From Phallusia mammillata (lineage: Eukaryota), in NCBI GenBank assembly GCA_965637545.1, contig OZ281495.1, forward strand, positions 8,060,001-8,124,000: a DNA stretch of 64,000 nucleotides, read 5' to 3'. Positions 24,529 through 37,331 of the stretch are shown here, piece after piece. The notes under the pieces were generated by a model that worked only from the letters and a program-made list of their open reading frames with translations, was not told the DNA's origin and did not search any database. The position numbers were made by a program, and so were the translations under genes. Positions within the stretch are counted from its first letter, which is position 1. Each line of letters starts with the position of its first letter.

Positions 24529-24975
24529 CTGCATACGAAGATCTTGGATGCTGAGCGGATAAACGTCAAGTTAATGCGATAGCAAACGCAGAGGACAGTC
24601 CACTACTTAGCGAAGAAAATTATAAAGAACGGGAACTGGCGATCAGCAAATGCGCAAGAGTAGAATACCTCAAGCACCATATTTGGCATAAAGATAATAC
24701 ATAGAAGTCAGTACAGTCGTCGTTTCAAGATCGTAGATATACGTTGCCTTTTACCTCACCATAGTTGTTCAGAATTACTCTAGCGTCGTATTTAGTTGTG
24801 CAGCAGGCTATAGCACCCTAGTTTATTTCGCAGAAAAGTGGAAAATGCTCGACTGCTTGCAACGCTGGTTCAAGATGCCAAGTGTACGGAGCATCCGAAG
24901 ACTGCAGGCCTGATGGAAAGGGTGGACCACAAGCTAATCAAGTTTGCCGGCTTATCAGTGTCGTTTTTTACCGCT
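24529..24975 (+). pseudogene. WSC-like pseudogene, copy 3
   Basis: Exon from 24529 AAYEDLGC*ADKRQVNAIANAEDSPLLSEENYKERELAISKCARV (TGG>TGA, then frameshift) and exon from ~24835 KSGKCSTACNAGSRCQVYGASEDCRPDGKGGPQANQVCRLIS. Confidence 0.75.
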
Positions 24976-26511
24976 AGGAATGTTGGACTACGCAAAAAGT
25001 ATTACATGGTCGGTCGTTGAGCGAAATCTAATGTTAATTAGCTCGATTTTTAGGAAAGTCAGAAAACAGGTGTGTATGCCCAGACACATGATAATCTATA
25101 CATAAACCTGTGTGTGGCCACAGTTGTATCATCTAACGTTGCTCCGCCTGCAACCGACCGATCAAATTTCTACACTAGATTAACTTTACTCATTATCACC
25201 GTTCTGTATCCCGAAGCCCTTGCTCCAAACAAAAAGAATTCCATTTCGCCCGATTACACATTCGAAATGCGTAAAATCATTAAAATTTGAGTTATCCTTG
25301 TGCAAGAGGAATTTTGTATATCGCTACAGATAAAATAATCGACTTGCATATTGGAATTAATTGGCTATATGAACCATACAATTCAGTTTTATAGCGACTT
25401 AAATACAATACAAATTCAAAATGGTTGTTACTGTGCGATCTTGAACTTTTCAACCGTTTTTGCCATCGCTGCAGTATCTACCGCATCAGTGCAGCGTTAA
25501 ACATCCGGAACAGCTGGTCTACGCCCTGCAACGTATATTTAGGCCTCGTTTAGTCAGACGCGTTCTACAAAATACCTCAAAAACGTTCAAACGACGTCCT
25601 GTGTTTAAACCTTTTACATCAATAGCGCTCAACCACTGAAGGGCGATAAACGTTATTGAGCCGAATTAAGGAGTATTTTAATTCCACTGCTTTCAATGCA
25701 AAGTAGATTAAAATGTTGTGGCTTCATTGTACACAAAGTTTAAACATGAAAACCCAAAACACATATTAATCGTTCAATTGTGATGTTTGGACATGAAAAT
25801 ATAGTCTATATGATATTATTGACCTCGCGTTGCACTGAGGCACAAATTGTGATGTTATCTTTACATAAACGTGTTATTTGTGAGTTTTTCTGCCCGTTTT
25901 TTTCGCACCCCACATAAGCAGTGTTATCACTTTTCTTTGCTGCTCCCTTCTCTTCGCTTTTTTGTTTTGTTCGCGAGGAATTTAAATTATACGAAACAAA
26001 GATATACGGGTCATGCGATTCTAGCTCCGTAGTCAGATTGGAGTTGTAAATCCGACCGGGATTGTTTTGTTCGGGTTCGGACTGTAGCAGGGGTGCCAAA
26101 TTTTTTTTAAGGGGGGCAATTTTTTTCAGGTCAAGTCGCCCGCGGGACAAGGTTTTTTTTACAAAGTTTTTACCGTAGAATTAGAACACAAATATACGGG
26201 ATTTAAGCAAATTCTGGGATTTTGTTGGGTCCGCACCAAGTAGACCTTCTTTTACCGGTAAATAAAGTTGCATGAAAAGCTTTTGCGTAAAGTCGCCAAA
26301 ACCCCAAAACCTAATCCAAGGCGACATTATTTAAAACAACAGCCGTGGGCGACGTAAAATGCCGCAGCGGGTCGCACTTTGGACACCTCTGAACAAGAGT
26401 GTAGACAAAACAGGCTCGGGCCTGGCTTCACACTCAGGCTCATCTGGCTTCACACTCAGGCTCATCTTAACCTTCTCTTTGGAAACCAGACAGCGACGAA
26501 TAGTTGTAGGC

Positions 26512-26737
26512 TAGTGGTTCTTAACCTTTTTAAGTTTTTATTGCACCGAAACCCCTACGATATTTGTCACGCTTTCGTCGAACCCCAATTAGTACGTTGA
26601 TATACCATTTACTTGTAAGTTTGTTGAATCTAATACAAAACCAGCAATCCTAAAATATTTTGTAAACCTTTGTCGCACCCCTGATTGGGCGTTAGCGAAC
26701 CCCTGGGATTCGATCGAGCCCAGGATAAGAACCACTG
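26512..26737. mobile_element. hAT-type MITE directly upstream of the gene C promoter
   Basis: TIRs (t/c)agtggttctta; TSD ttgtaggc/ttgtgggc. Confidence 0.8.
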
Positions 26738-26772
26738 TTGTGGGCAATAAAAGAGGCAACGCCATGAAAAGT

Positions 26773-26977
26773 TGACGTCATTGTAAACCCGAAGGTAGCA
26801 TTTCTCGCATGCTCAATTGGAAATCCCCTCCTGCGTAAAACGCGGAAGAAGAATGACTCCTTAAGACACAGCCCGTTTCGAAAGAAGAACGCGCTGGAAC
26901 TATTTCCAGTCCTAATTAAAGCATAAAAACGCACTGCTGAGTATCAAGAGTTAGACTTCGTCAGAGTGATAAGCTTT
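26773..26977 (+). promoter_or_regulatory. Gene C proximal promoter/5' UTR with CRE, kappaB-like and GATA motifs
   Basis: TGACGTCA 26773-26780; GGAAATCCCC 26819-26828 (reverse complement GGGGATTTCC fits GGGRNNYYCC); GAGTGATAAGCTTT 26964-26977. Confidence 0.5.
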
Positions 26978-26997
26978 GCATGCAACTGCTAAAGACA

Positions 26998-29900
26998 ATG
27001 AGTGCACAGAACCGAGGCAGGCCTGGGATGGAAATGGTTCAAAATGAATATGGTACGTAGGATTGATTTTGTTTAAGTTATGTGAAGTTTAAGTTGGACT
27101 TATTTCAGTTAAAACTCTTTGTTGTGGACCTGTCCTGAGTTTATGGTTACTCTTAGACTATACAATGTTAACCCAAATCAGATTAACTCCTGATTTACAG
27201 GCAGTTACCACATAAAAAATGAGCTTACAGGTTTGAGTTTCAACTCTGCCACATTTGCCGACGTAATTTTGATTTCTGATTTTTTTCCTTCTAAATTTAA
27301 TATTTGTTTTATTTAAACCAATTTGCATGTACACCAGGTATGTTGTTCAATTTGTTGCCATCAGTGTGACAACCCGATGATTTTTATGTGTGTGTGTAGA
27401 GGTGGAAAATTAGTCGTTTTTTAACTGAACTTATACAGTCATTATTAGAACAGGCTTTGTATTTGTATTGTGTGCAAATTTAATAAATTTCCCCTTTTTG
27501 CCTTCTTTCATCCCAATATTTGAGTCTTTCGAAAGGTACCACCATAATGCTAGTTATATCACACCGGCAGTTAATGCATTTTGTATATCTTTTGATTGAC
27601 ATTGGATATCCCTTGCTACATTACAATTTGATGTAATACAGATCATATGCTTACGTAACACAATGCCTAATGTCGACATCATTAAAAAGAACGCAATCGC
27701 ATAAGTTTTCAAGCCATTTAGAAGTTACATATGTAGCTTGTCATGCTTCTGTTGTCTTGTGTTTTGCAGAAAATGTTCAACCCACCTCCAGAGTGAGAAA
27801 CAACGAAAAACTTGAAACCATGATAAGGGAGACCAATAAAAGCGTCCAAAGCAATCGAAAACTGATGTGGTTGAGTCTAATCTTTCTACTGGTGATTTTC
27901 ACAGTCGTATTGGTCGCCCTTCATTTCTCGGTACGATTGTGCAAAAATTAATTTGTTCAGCATACATCATTTTTTTACCTCATCTTTAAGTATGATAAAA
28001 ATTGCTATAGTTTAAAGAGGGTTAAAAATGAACTTGTTAAAAAGTATTGAGTGGTTCCTACACTTTTTTCACAGTGCACCTTCCGTCACCTTTATGTGGC
28101 CAAATCATTTTAGCTTTTACGTGCTTGGGGCGTCAAGAAAAAAGGGTAAACTCTCCTTTCAGTATCGTTTTCTAACAATGCAAATATTGTAGTAGTACAA
28201 CAATAGCATAACTTCGCTACATGATTAACCACTAAGCCATCCTTGCTTCAGGTACCTATATAGGTCATATATACAAAATGCTAGATACGCCTCTGCTGTG
28301 GTATATGCAAAATACTCACATACACATAAATATAGTTGGGTCAAAACATTTTACACGACGTATATTGTTTGTTAATATTGAAAATGTCGGCACATCAAAT
28401 AATACATTTATCAATACATATTTTTTCACTAGATTTCTGCAAAAGTAATGGAAACAAGACAAGGTAAATATGGGTCATGTCATTCATAAACTGTTGTCTG
28501 TTTTACATTTCAAAATTTTGTAAAAGTCGTTTGCTTTTTGGAACAAACAATGGTAAAATATGCCTATTTAGTTCAATGTCTTTTAAATGTTATACCAAAT
28601 AAAAACTTACTGTAGGTACTTTGCATCAAAAACCTGAAATGTCCAGCATGTTATACATAATAAAAAATAAAAAATAGGAAGGCAATTAAAAATGGCGTCG
28701 TGCAGAGATTTTAAAACTATTTTACTTATTGTACTCCATCTCCCTACCTGAATACATTTACTCAATGGGTTTCGTGAAATGATTGATCCCAAGCTATACC
28801 GATTTGAAAAGGTTGCGTAGAATGAATGATCCTGAAATAGCGGCAGGAAAAATTCCTATCGCACCACACGAAATTAAAACCACAATGCTTCCTCTAAGCA
28901 GATTGATTATTGAGTTTCGAATCGTGATCAAATTGTTGTGAAGCGCATGCTTGGCTTTTAGGCTATTCTTTTGCAAAACTTGACATCATTGAAAGTCTTC
29001 GCAAGTGTGGTATACAGTGTTCTCCATTGTCCACAAAGTATAGCTATTAACATAATTTTTTACCATAAAACACACAGGGTTTTAACCACATTAAGGTAAA
29101 TAAAAGTTTGAAACGTTCGAGTTTGCTGTCCTTCTACCAAAGCAAACTTTTAGTTTACAAAAGCTGGCATTGCAACAAATTAAACACGCGAATCACAAAA
29201 CAGTTTTAAAGTTCCAATCAGTCTAATTTCTGTATACGTATTTTTTCAGCTTTGCAAACTACCTTGTTGAAACAAATCAACATTTCAATTGAACCAATTC
29301 AATCTGCTGAGAAAAGTTTGACCATGTGGAAAGGTAAGATGCACGTCGTTGAAAATGTCCAATAAAGTTTTGAAACTTTTTTACATCATGATCTATCTGT
29401 TATGTAGTCTTTTTACTCTGGCCTAGTACTACTGAAATATATGGAACGTAAATATTTCCATAACTCGGATTAGTTGGTAGAACGGGACTACGGGAGTCCC
29501 GGAAAGACTCCTGTCGAGGGTTTAAATCCCAGCGCAGGCTAAAATTTTCTAGCCTACACCTTGTCATATGGTGGTGAATGCTTGGGAGACCAGCTGATTC
29601 GGTATAATGCCTTTAATAGGCCTGGCGTACTGTGTAATCATTGTCAAATATATTATTTATATAACATAGAGCTTGGTAATGAATACAAAAGTTTTGTTTT
29701 CGTAATATATTAAACGCAAAATCACTTCAAAATCAAAATCATTACGAGCCCAGCTACAGAGGCCACACAGGTTTCTTACACATTTTTGTGCACTTGAAAA
29801 AATAAACTATCATATACTTATACGTTTAGATGCTGCATTTGTATTGCTTCGTCACTGATGTACGATATTAAAATATCGGTTTCAAGTGATAACCAACCTT

Positions 29901-32900
29901 TGTCGTGTATTCCCATGTTAACATGTTTCTTTCATCTAGCAATGAATGCGAATTATTCGAGTCGTCTCACCGCAACTAACAACAACATTGAACATATGCA
30001 AACGAGTTTGACAGCTTTGAAAGGTAGAACTTTGTTACCCATGTTCCATCATGGTGGTGTTTTAGGCTATGAAATTCTACACGCAACCTACTAATGTAGA
30101 CGTTTATTTTGGCTAAAGAGAACTAATGTGCGAAACTTCAATTGGACACTCGTACGCGTTTAACCATTTTTATTTGATTTCAAACGCGTGACTCCGTGAC
30201 TAGCGGTTTGAAGTCGATTCAAAAGAAACATGAAAAGTATCAAAGTTAGTGACTTGAACATTTGCTTCATTTTAAACCGGTAACATGCAATGTGTTTGCA
30301 TCCCATACAAATATTTTTACAATAGTGTCATTTCGTAAACATAAACCATTGACGTATGTTAAGAGTCATACATGGTGGGAATGTGGTCACAGAACGCAGA
30401 GATTGTTGTTGAACAAAAAACAGTCAGAACATTCATTCGATTGAATACTTGCTGTCGTGATTTGCCAAAAGTGGCTAACAATAAGCATTTTTACCAAAAT
30501 CAAAGCCGAGCTGGAACAAAGTTAATTATCATGAATATCACGTGACTCCTGATACCAAAAAACTGCTTTATACGAAACCTTCCACAGAATAATTCATCCT
30601 GAAATAGCGACAAATAAAGGTTAAATAAATTGATTGGTGCAAAATAACTGGATGATAAGGTTTCGTAAGGCGTTTGTTCTTAAAGTAAATAATGGAAAGT
30701 TGCACCGCATCGAAACAAAGTTAAAAAACTTCCTTAAATGGGATTGATTGTTGAGTTTCGAGTCTTGGTTGAAGTCTGCAAAGCTGATTGTCAGTTTATT
30801 ATAACAATTTTTCAATACATATTTTTTTCCAACGTCCTGCAAGCTTAACTAAACTTGAGTAAGTTATTACATGTCCATAACGGGCACATATTTTTTCATT
30901 GATCCTGCGTTAAGAAGATAAATGTTCATGTTATACTCTAGTTCAGAGGCCCTCTTCTACATTTTTGTGCTGCTCATTCTTAGTGATTCCTTTTGACACA
31001 GAAAAAGTGAAATCAGGTGGTTTGTAACATTATTGTTTACTTCGTTTAGACACATTGCAAAACAACATGTTAACCATGGAAGCAAAACTTACATACTTAC
31101 AAGGTAAAACGAACACCCAAAATCTCATATCCTTATTTACGTTTTCATTTATGCGGATCTAACTTACTATGGTGTAAGTTTTAAGTTTGTTTCTAAACAA
31201 AGTATTACCATGAATATTATAACTCAGTATTAAATGCTTGTGTTTTATTTAACTCTTAGTAAGGTACGGTACGATTTTTTTTTTAAAAAAGTGACTTTTA
31301 TTTATTTTTGAATTGTTGCCACAGATTACTTGGGCATAATTTCCGCACAAGTCACTTCGGGGATTGAAAGTAAGTTTATCTTTACGTTCTCACCCCAATA
31401 TCTGATCGATATGACGTGACCCAAGACCTCTGACATTTTTACCTCACCAGGTGGTTTTGGAAAATAGTAGTTTAACCCGCCATACCGTAAACTACGCAGA
31501 TAACAAAATTAAAAGCAACGACTTTGAATTAAAATTTATTTATAGTCACGTAATAAATTTCAATCGACTGTTGTATATCACCAATTTCTCTTGCAGACTT
31601 TTCATTTTTTGATACCCTTTCAAAATCTGCGTCAAGCATCTTTCCCAGCAGTTTGCCCAACTACTATCGATATTATTACGACGGTGGTAATTACTATATA
31701 AGTGATGGTGGAAATAATATGTACGACTTTGGAAATGAGGTACAATGTTATGTAGTTTAAATTGGTGCCGACAGAATTTTATTGCAGATTTATTAAGTTA
31801 TATATATTGGCACGTAGAGAAACAACAAAGATAATAAGATATACTTTTTTGTAAATTAGATTCGAGTGGGGACAGACTCTGGACGTTCAGTGTACGTCAT
31901 TTACAATACGACCTACAGGTAGGTGTCACTTTGTCACTGAAAATGACATAAAAGACACGTACAAAGAAAAAAATGAAACATATTTGGCCTGGATGGCATG
32001 TACCACTGGCATATGATGTAGCCTACCTGACACATATTTTGTTTAGCGATCCACTGGGCAATTTTTTGATGGTATGCAAAGCTGGGCATCCATTCGTCTT
32101 GTCCATGTTGGTATTAAACCGCGATGGAGAATCTCGAACGTATAACGTCTTGGTAACATATCAATAACATATCTAAGTTTGTTAATATGATTTTGCTTTC
32201 AAACGCACAGTTATAATATATATTTTAGTCGATTGTCTGATCATTACAAAGTAGAGTATAAATATAAAGTCAAGTTGAAACAAAAATGCTAAAACATGTT
32301 TTATCGGAAAGTCAAAATTGGTTTTATTATGTTTCTGTCGTAGTTTGTAACCAGACGTTCCGAATCGTTCTTTTGTAGAAGTCGATTTTGAAACATTACT
32401 TTTGTAGGAGAGTGGCAATTTGGGAGCAGACGGCACAGGAAACTACAGTTGGGATGCTGGATCTTTATTGGTTGGATCATACAATATACAATACGTGTTG
32501 TATCAAGTATACGGAGCCGGCAATCCTTCCATCATACAGATATTCTTCACAGTGTCAAGTCCAGTGAGTGAATGAGTAAAATATTGTCATGCTGTTGCCT
32601 AAAATGATTAAACTAAATCTCCAATAGCATAAACTTGTAAGGTGCGTTTCTAACAAGTAAGAAACTTACCTTCAAAACTTGCTATGCGCAAAGAATACCC
32701 TATAGGTCTAGACTAGAGTATCTCAAAAAGAGGACAAATCCGACAAATGTGCCAAATTCAATTAAAACAAAAAAAATTTGTTGATCTGTAACAATTCAAT
32801 TCATGGTAAAAATAGTAAAAACGCACGTATGTTTCGGTGTGTCATTTTCTCAAACATTTGTATGATTAATTTTGCTGGGATTTTAAAATTTGTTTTAAAA

Positions 32901-33536
32901 ATTTGTCGTATTTGAATTTTTAACACATTTTTTGTGTAATAATATACTCAAGTATAACATCGGCTACGGTTTGTTGTGTAGATACTTGGCTCAAAAGGAA
33001 ATAGTTCACTACATTACTCAGACCATGGGAAGAACACACAGTCGACTTATAACCTAGTCTACATTTCAGGAAACGCTCACAACGTCTACTTCAACTATAT
33101 TCTTACATCCACGTAAGAAACGGTGACGTGAAACGTTTTCGGAATGCCACAAATTTAAAACTTTGTCTGAAAACGTTTTTGAAAAGGCGAAAACATTTTA
33201 GTTTGGGCCCCAAATACGATTTGTCAATGCTACCTGAGATTCGCCATTTGAGCATCTTAATATTAACATAAAATTTAGAAACGCCAGGAAAAGACTGTTT
33301 TAAATGTTCTCGCAAGTACCCAGGTTTGGGACAAAATATTGTGTCTAAGCCTGATGCAATAACGCAGCAATTTTTCTTTATGCCTTTTCCCAAACTTCAG
33401 TTTTGTTTTTGGCTTTTAACCAAAATATATTACAAATGTCGTTTGTTTCAGATATTCGTCATCAAATTCGACTTATGTGCAAGCCAGTACTATTGAGCAA
33501 ATTCTGCGAAGAATTTTTCAAAACTTTTCAGTGTGA
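26998..33536 (+). CDS. Gene C: type-1 type II membrane protein, stalk + uncharacterised ~225-aa head, 397 aa, intact
   Basis: 13 GT-AG exons: 26998-27052, 27770-27930, 28433-28463, 29250-29333, 29940-30023, 31050-31103, 31325-31369, 31597-31739, 31860-31918, 32047-32152, 32408-32563, 32982-33112, 33452-33536; 1194 nt, no internal stop. Tail MSAQNRGRPGMEMVQNEYENVQ.., TM LMWLSLIFLLVIFTVVLVALHFS, head motifs YYISDGGNNMYDFGN, CKAGHPFV, GNLGADG, YQVYGAGNPSIIQIFF. Confidence 0.88.
29463..29660 (+). mobile_element. tRNA-derived SINE
   Basis: A-box-like ttagttggtaga and B-box-like gggtttaaatccc followed by a non-tRNA body and AT-rich tail; duplicated at 39725-39915. Confidence 0.6.
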
Positions 33537-33770
33537 ATGGAAACAAGAGTCTCAACCAACTGCGCTTTCGTTGTTATAAGCTTTTAATATGTCAAGTTAT
33601 TGTAGACTTACAAATTTATTTCAGCTCTTTAATGCAGTTATAATGTAAAGAACATATCGTCACACAATCTGGCAACCGTTTAAATTTAAAACGACTAATC
33701 TAATTTTGGTGGTAATATTGCAATAGAACATTATGCTAAAAGTTGCTACAAACTGAAGTGTTCACATTTA

Positions 33771-34082
33771 TAGAGCTTCTCTGGCATTTTTTATACCGAC
33801 GTTTTGACGTCCTGCGCGTAGTATGATGCACGGTAAAAAAAGGATAAAAAGAATCAAACGCAAGCACGTCACAACGAAAACACTGCTCCATAACGATTGA
33901 TTGGGCCTCTAATCGTTGAGCAGGTACCGGAAGCACGCTTGTGACGTACTTGCGCCTAATTCTTTTCCCCTTGTTTGTCGTGCACTGTACTACGCGCATT
34001 CAGTGGTATTTACCCTGATGAAGGCGACATGTAGGGGACGTCCAAACGTCGGTATAAAAATGCAATAGCCAGAAGAGCTCTA
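33771..34082. mobile_element. TA-flanked MITE with long imperfect TIRs
   Basis: tagagc..gctcta ends flanked by TA; ~70 bp inverted similarity including gcatttttataccgacgtt; the paralogous copy at ~43935-44200 has lost its left TIR. Confidence 0.7.
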
Positions 34083-35289
34083 TAAGTTTGATATTATGCT
34101 TGGCAGCAACAGCCTATAAAAACTGAACCGCTTTTTAAAAGTCTAAACACTGGTAAAAATTGCTGCCAGATGCTAAAATTTAATCCGTCTTAATTCTATT
34201 TGCTGTTGCTGTGGATTGTTTCCCACAATGTCGCTTTTGTGAAGGTCGCATTGGTTATAACGCAATCATAACATGTTAACTGCGTTCGACCTTCTTTATT
34301 TGTGTGTCTATTTCTCCTATATGGAGACACGTACTTTACAAATCTTGTTCGGTTATTTTGGCAAACCCGGAGATTGTTTATTTTGTTTTTGCGACGCCAA
34401 ATTTATATTCCCATAAAATTCGTTATGGCCGTCATTGATAAAACTGGTCAAAAATGACTTTTCTGACAAAAATCTAAATCAGTAGTTTTAAATTTCTTTA
34501 TGTCGTTGCACCTGAGATCAATCAAACGCAATTTTATCACATTTAAAAAATCAATGTTATTACCCCCCAGAAAAATGTACAAATTACCCCACAGGTTAAG
34601 AACCACTGACATGTAAACTGAAATAAACACATTAAAAAAAAATTTCAATTGTAACAGATAATGTAGCGTAATGCTTCTCTACCGTATCGCTTTCTTTCTT
34701 GCGTTTTTATGTGTCATTGGCACTTCAGCCGTTAAGCATTGACATATTTGCACTATGCGAGCTATTCGGCGCTAAATAGTAAATAGGCCTTTGACATGTA
34801 TATAAAAGTTGTGTTTGTAATTGTATAAAATTGGAAGGACATGCGTTTTTTTTCTCCTTTTTTACTTTGCTTACATATTTACCATGTTTAGTTTTCTTGC
34901 CAATGATTAATTAAACTGCTTTTTTCTCATTTTCTTGCAAGAATTTCACGTTTTTTTTCAATTCAACAATCACTTTTCGTCGTGTGCCACAATTCACTGC
35001 ACCTATTTGGTTTGCTTGTAGTTACGTGTCTGTTTTCGAAGTGTGCTGTAAATAAAGAAACAAATGCATTTGATTTGATTTAATATGCCGTTTGTTGGGG
35101 GTTATTATGGATGGAAACTAACACTACTAACCTGCCATGTGGTGTTGTCTTAAATCAATAGATTCTTAACCAGGGGTTCAGGTCTTGTTTTGGGCGGGCG
35201 CAAAAATGCTGAATCATTAGGGTTGTGGAATAACAATTTGTTTTCATGACAAATATTAAAAAGGGGAAGATAACTAGTTAATAATTTCA

Positions 35290-36040
35290 ACGATGTCGAG
35301 AATCAATTTTATCACAGGTAAAATAACAAAAAAAGATGGTAAAACAAGCCATCCGTTACTCGGAAACTTTAAAGAACATAATTCAATGGTGTTTCCGACA
35401 CATATAATCATAACCAACAACATAGTGTTCAAATTTCGACAATATTTAACCTGCCGAAATTACGGTATTATTAATATTAACGTGACTACGTGTATTGTCT
35501 GCAAACAAAACTACGTGGGCTAAACAAACAACACGAATTTTCAACACGTTGGAATGCACACATGTCTACCTGGAACGCATGCGATCTTTCTGAACGACAG
35601 GTCAGCAATGATCCACCATTAAAAAATCACAACCACTCGACGGTTTTCTTGGAGCAACCCGACGTGCATTTGTTGAATATAAGCGAGGACAAACGGTTTG
35701 GTAAACTTAAAGCCATTATTAAAATCGCCAGAATGATTTTACCGCAGTTTAATGTGTACACGAGGCACCGTTAGAGAGGGATACTGATTTGTGTTGTTTT
35801 GTTTCCTTTGCGTCCTTTTGCGTGTCTTTGCGTGGCTATGCGTACTTTCTGCAAGCAAAACTACGTCGGCCAATCGTAAAACCAAACAAATTTTTCCAAA
35901 GGATGAATTGCACACAAGTCTACATGTTTTATATAAAAAACCTGGAATTGAACAATGCCTTCAAGTGACGTTCTGCTTATCAACCCCAAAATGCTTTTGG
36001 GTACAAATGCTCCTTACCCAATCCGTGTTATCTATCATAT
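35290..36040 (+). mobile_element. Penelope-like GIY-YIG endonuclease relic, internally duplicated
   Basis: LTCRNYGI..TCIVCKQNYVG*..FSTRWNAHMSTWN plus a second CKQNYVGQS copy; stops and frameshifts. Confidence 0.7.
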
Positions 36041-36211
36041 TCTCTGACACTAGATGGCGATAAAGAGTCATATAGCTCACGGTCAATAAAGCGAAATGTG
36101 GCGTAACTAAATCTGAATCGATGCTTTATTTTGCCATAGTCATGCGTTGATAAGTACTGCGAGGTATTTTGTTTTAAAGGAAGCTTTACACGCAGCTGTC
36201 CGAGATTTACA

Positions 36212-36264
36212 ATGACACGGACAATGACACGCCTGGAATTTCGATGAAGTTTTTTTGCAAAACG
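36212..36264 (+). pseudogene. Type-2 receptor exon 1 relic
   Basis: atgacacggacaatgacacgcctggaatttcgatg..aaacg|gtaag, frameshifted homolog of gene F exon 1; no exon 2 follows. Confidence 0.75.
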
Positions 36265-37140
36265 GTAAGTAGCAGTTTTTTAATTCAATTTGCATGAAAG
36301 AGTAAATAACCCAGAAATGCCAGTCAAACCTCTTTGCTTAATACAAACTTTTCTTCGTTAATTTATCGGAAACGAAGTTATAAATTTTTAACTTGACTTA
36401 AATCAAATCATACACAAAAAATAAAAATTGCGCCAGAAAACTGAACATTTGTCCACGAGTTGTGCCACAAGCTAATTAACAAATATTCCAAACGAAAAGG
36501 CAAGAGTGTGTGTCATTAGGGCAACGAGCTTAAATGCGAGGTGGGAGCGATAGTTGCGTTCGAAACGGCAGATAAAAACAATAATAAAGTGATGTTAACA
36601 AAAACAATCTAACGAAATACAGACCCGGACTTTTCGGTTTAGGTTTGGGTTGTACCGGGCAGTGTTGGGTTTGGAATTAAATTTGAGTTTGTCCCGAAAA
36701 CTACGAAGAGGACTTCTCACCAAGTTTAGGTTCCGTGAGGATTCAGGCTTGTACTTTTGGGTTCGGGCCGCGATTTCGAGCCTTCCTACGACTTTGTGTA
36801 CACCACCTACAACAATTAATTTTTCTAAACCATTTATAATAAGTTTAGTATTTTCTTAAGAATACTAAAGAATATTACATTAATGGATATTAAAACTGAA
36901 ATTTTAAACACACATAAGCGCCGGTGGAAAGTAAAAACTTCTCATTTTTTGATAAATGGTAAATAGTTATAACCAAGTAGTCTCCTGGATTTTTGCATAT
37001 TTTTGACTCCACGTGTTCGCGTTTAATTTGACAAAGAGTATTTCTGCTAAACAATTTCTAGAGCTCTTATTTTGACACCAGAGAGCAATAAAGAGTTATT
37101 GTCATTAAAAATTAAATCAGCCTTATTTCATACGCCAGTG

Positions 37141-37311
37141 GGAAATCCCCTCCTGTGTAAAAGCAAAATGCTAACCAAGCATTTCTGCGCAGAAAAAAAA
37201 GACTCGTCAAGATACAGCCGAGAATGCGCTGTAACTATTCCAGGCCTAATTAAAGCATATAAAAGAACTGCTGAGTATCAAGAGTTATACTTTGTCAGAG
37301 TGATAAGCTTT
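37141..37311 (+). promoter_or_regulatory. Gene D proximal promoter/5' UTR with kappaB-like and GATA motifs
   Basis: GGGAAATCCCC 37140-37150; GAGTGATAAGCTTT 37298-37311. Confidence 0.5.
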
Positions 37312-37331
37312 ACAAGTAACTGCTAAAGACA

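Noticed and set aside
29463-29535. Possible tRNA gene (also 39725-39790)
   Set aside because: A and B boxes are present but there is no acceptor stem or normal anticodon arm, and it continues into a SINE-like body.
28890-30740. GA-AG non-canonical introns suggested by ag|gaag donors on the antisense relic exons
   Set aside because: The exons carry stops or broken acceptors, and every intact gene in the window uses GT-AG; decay explains it.
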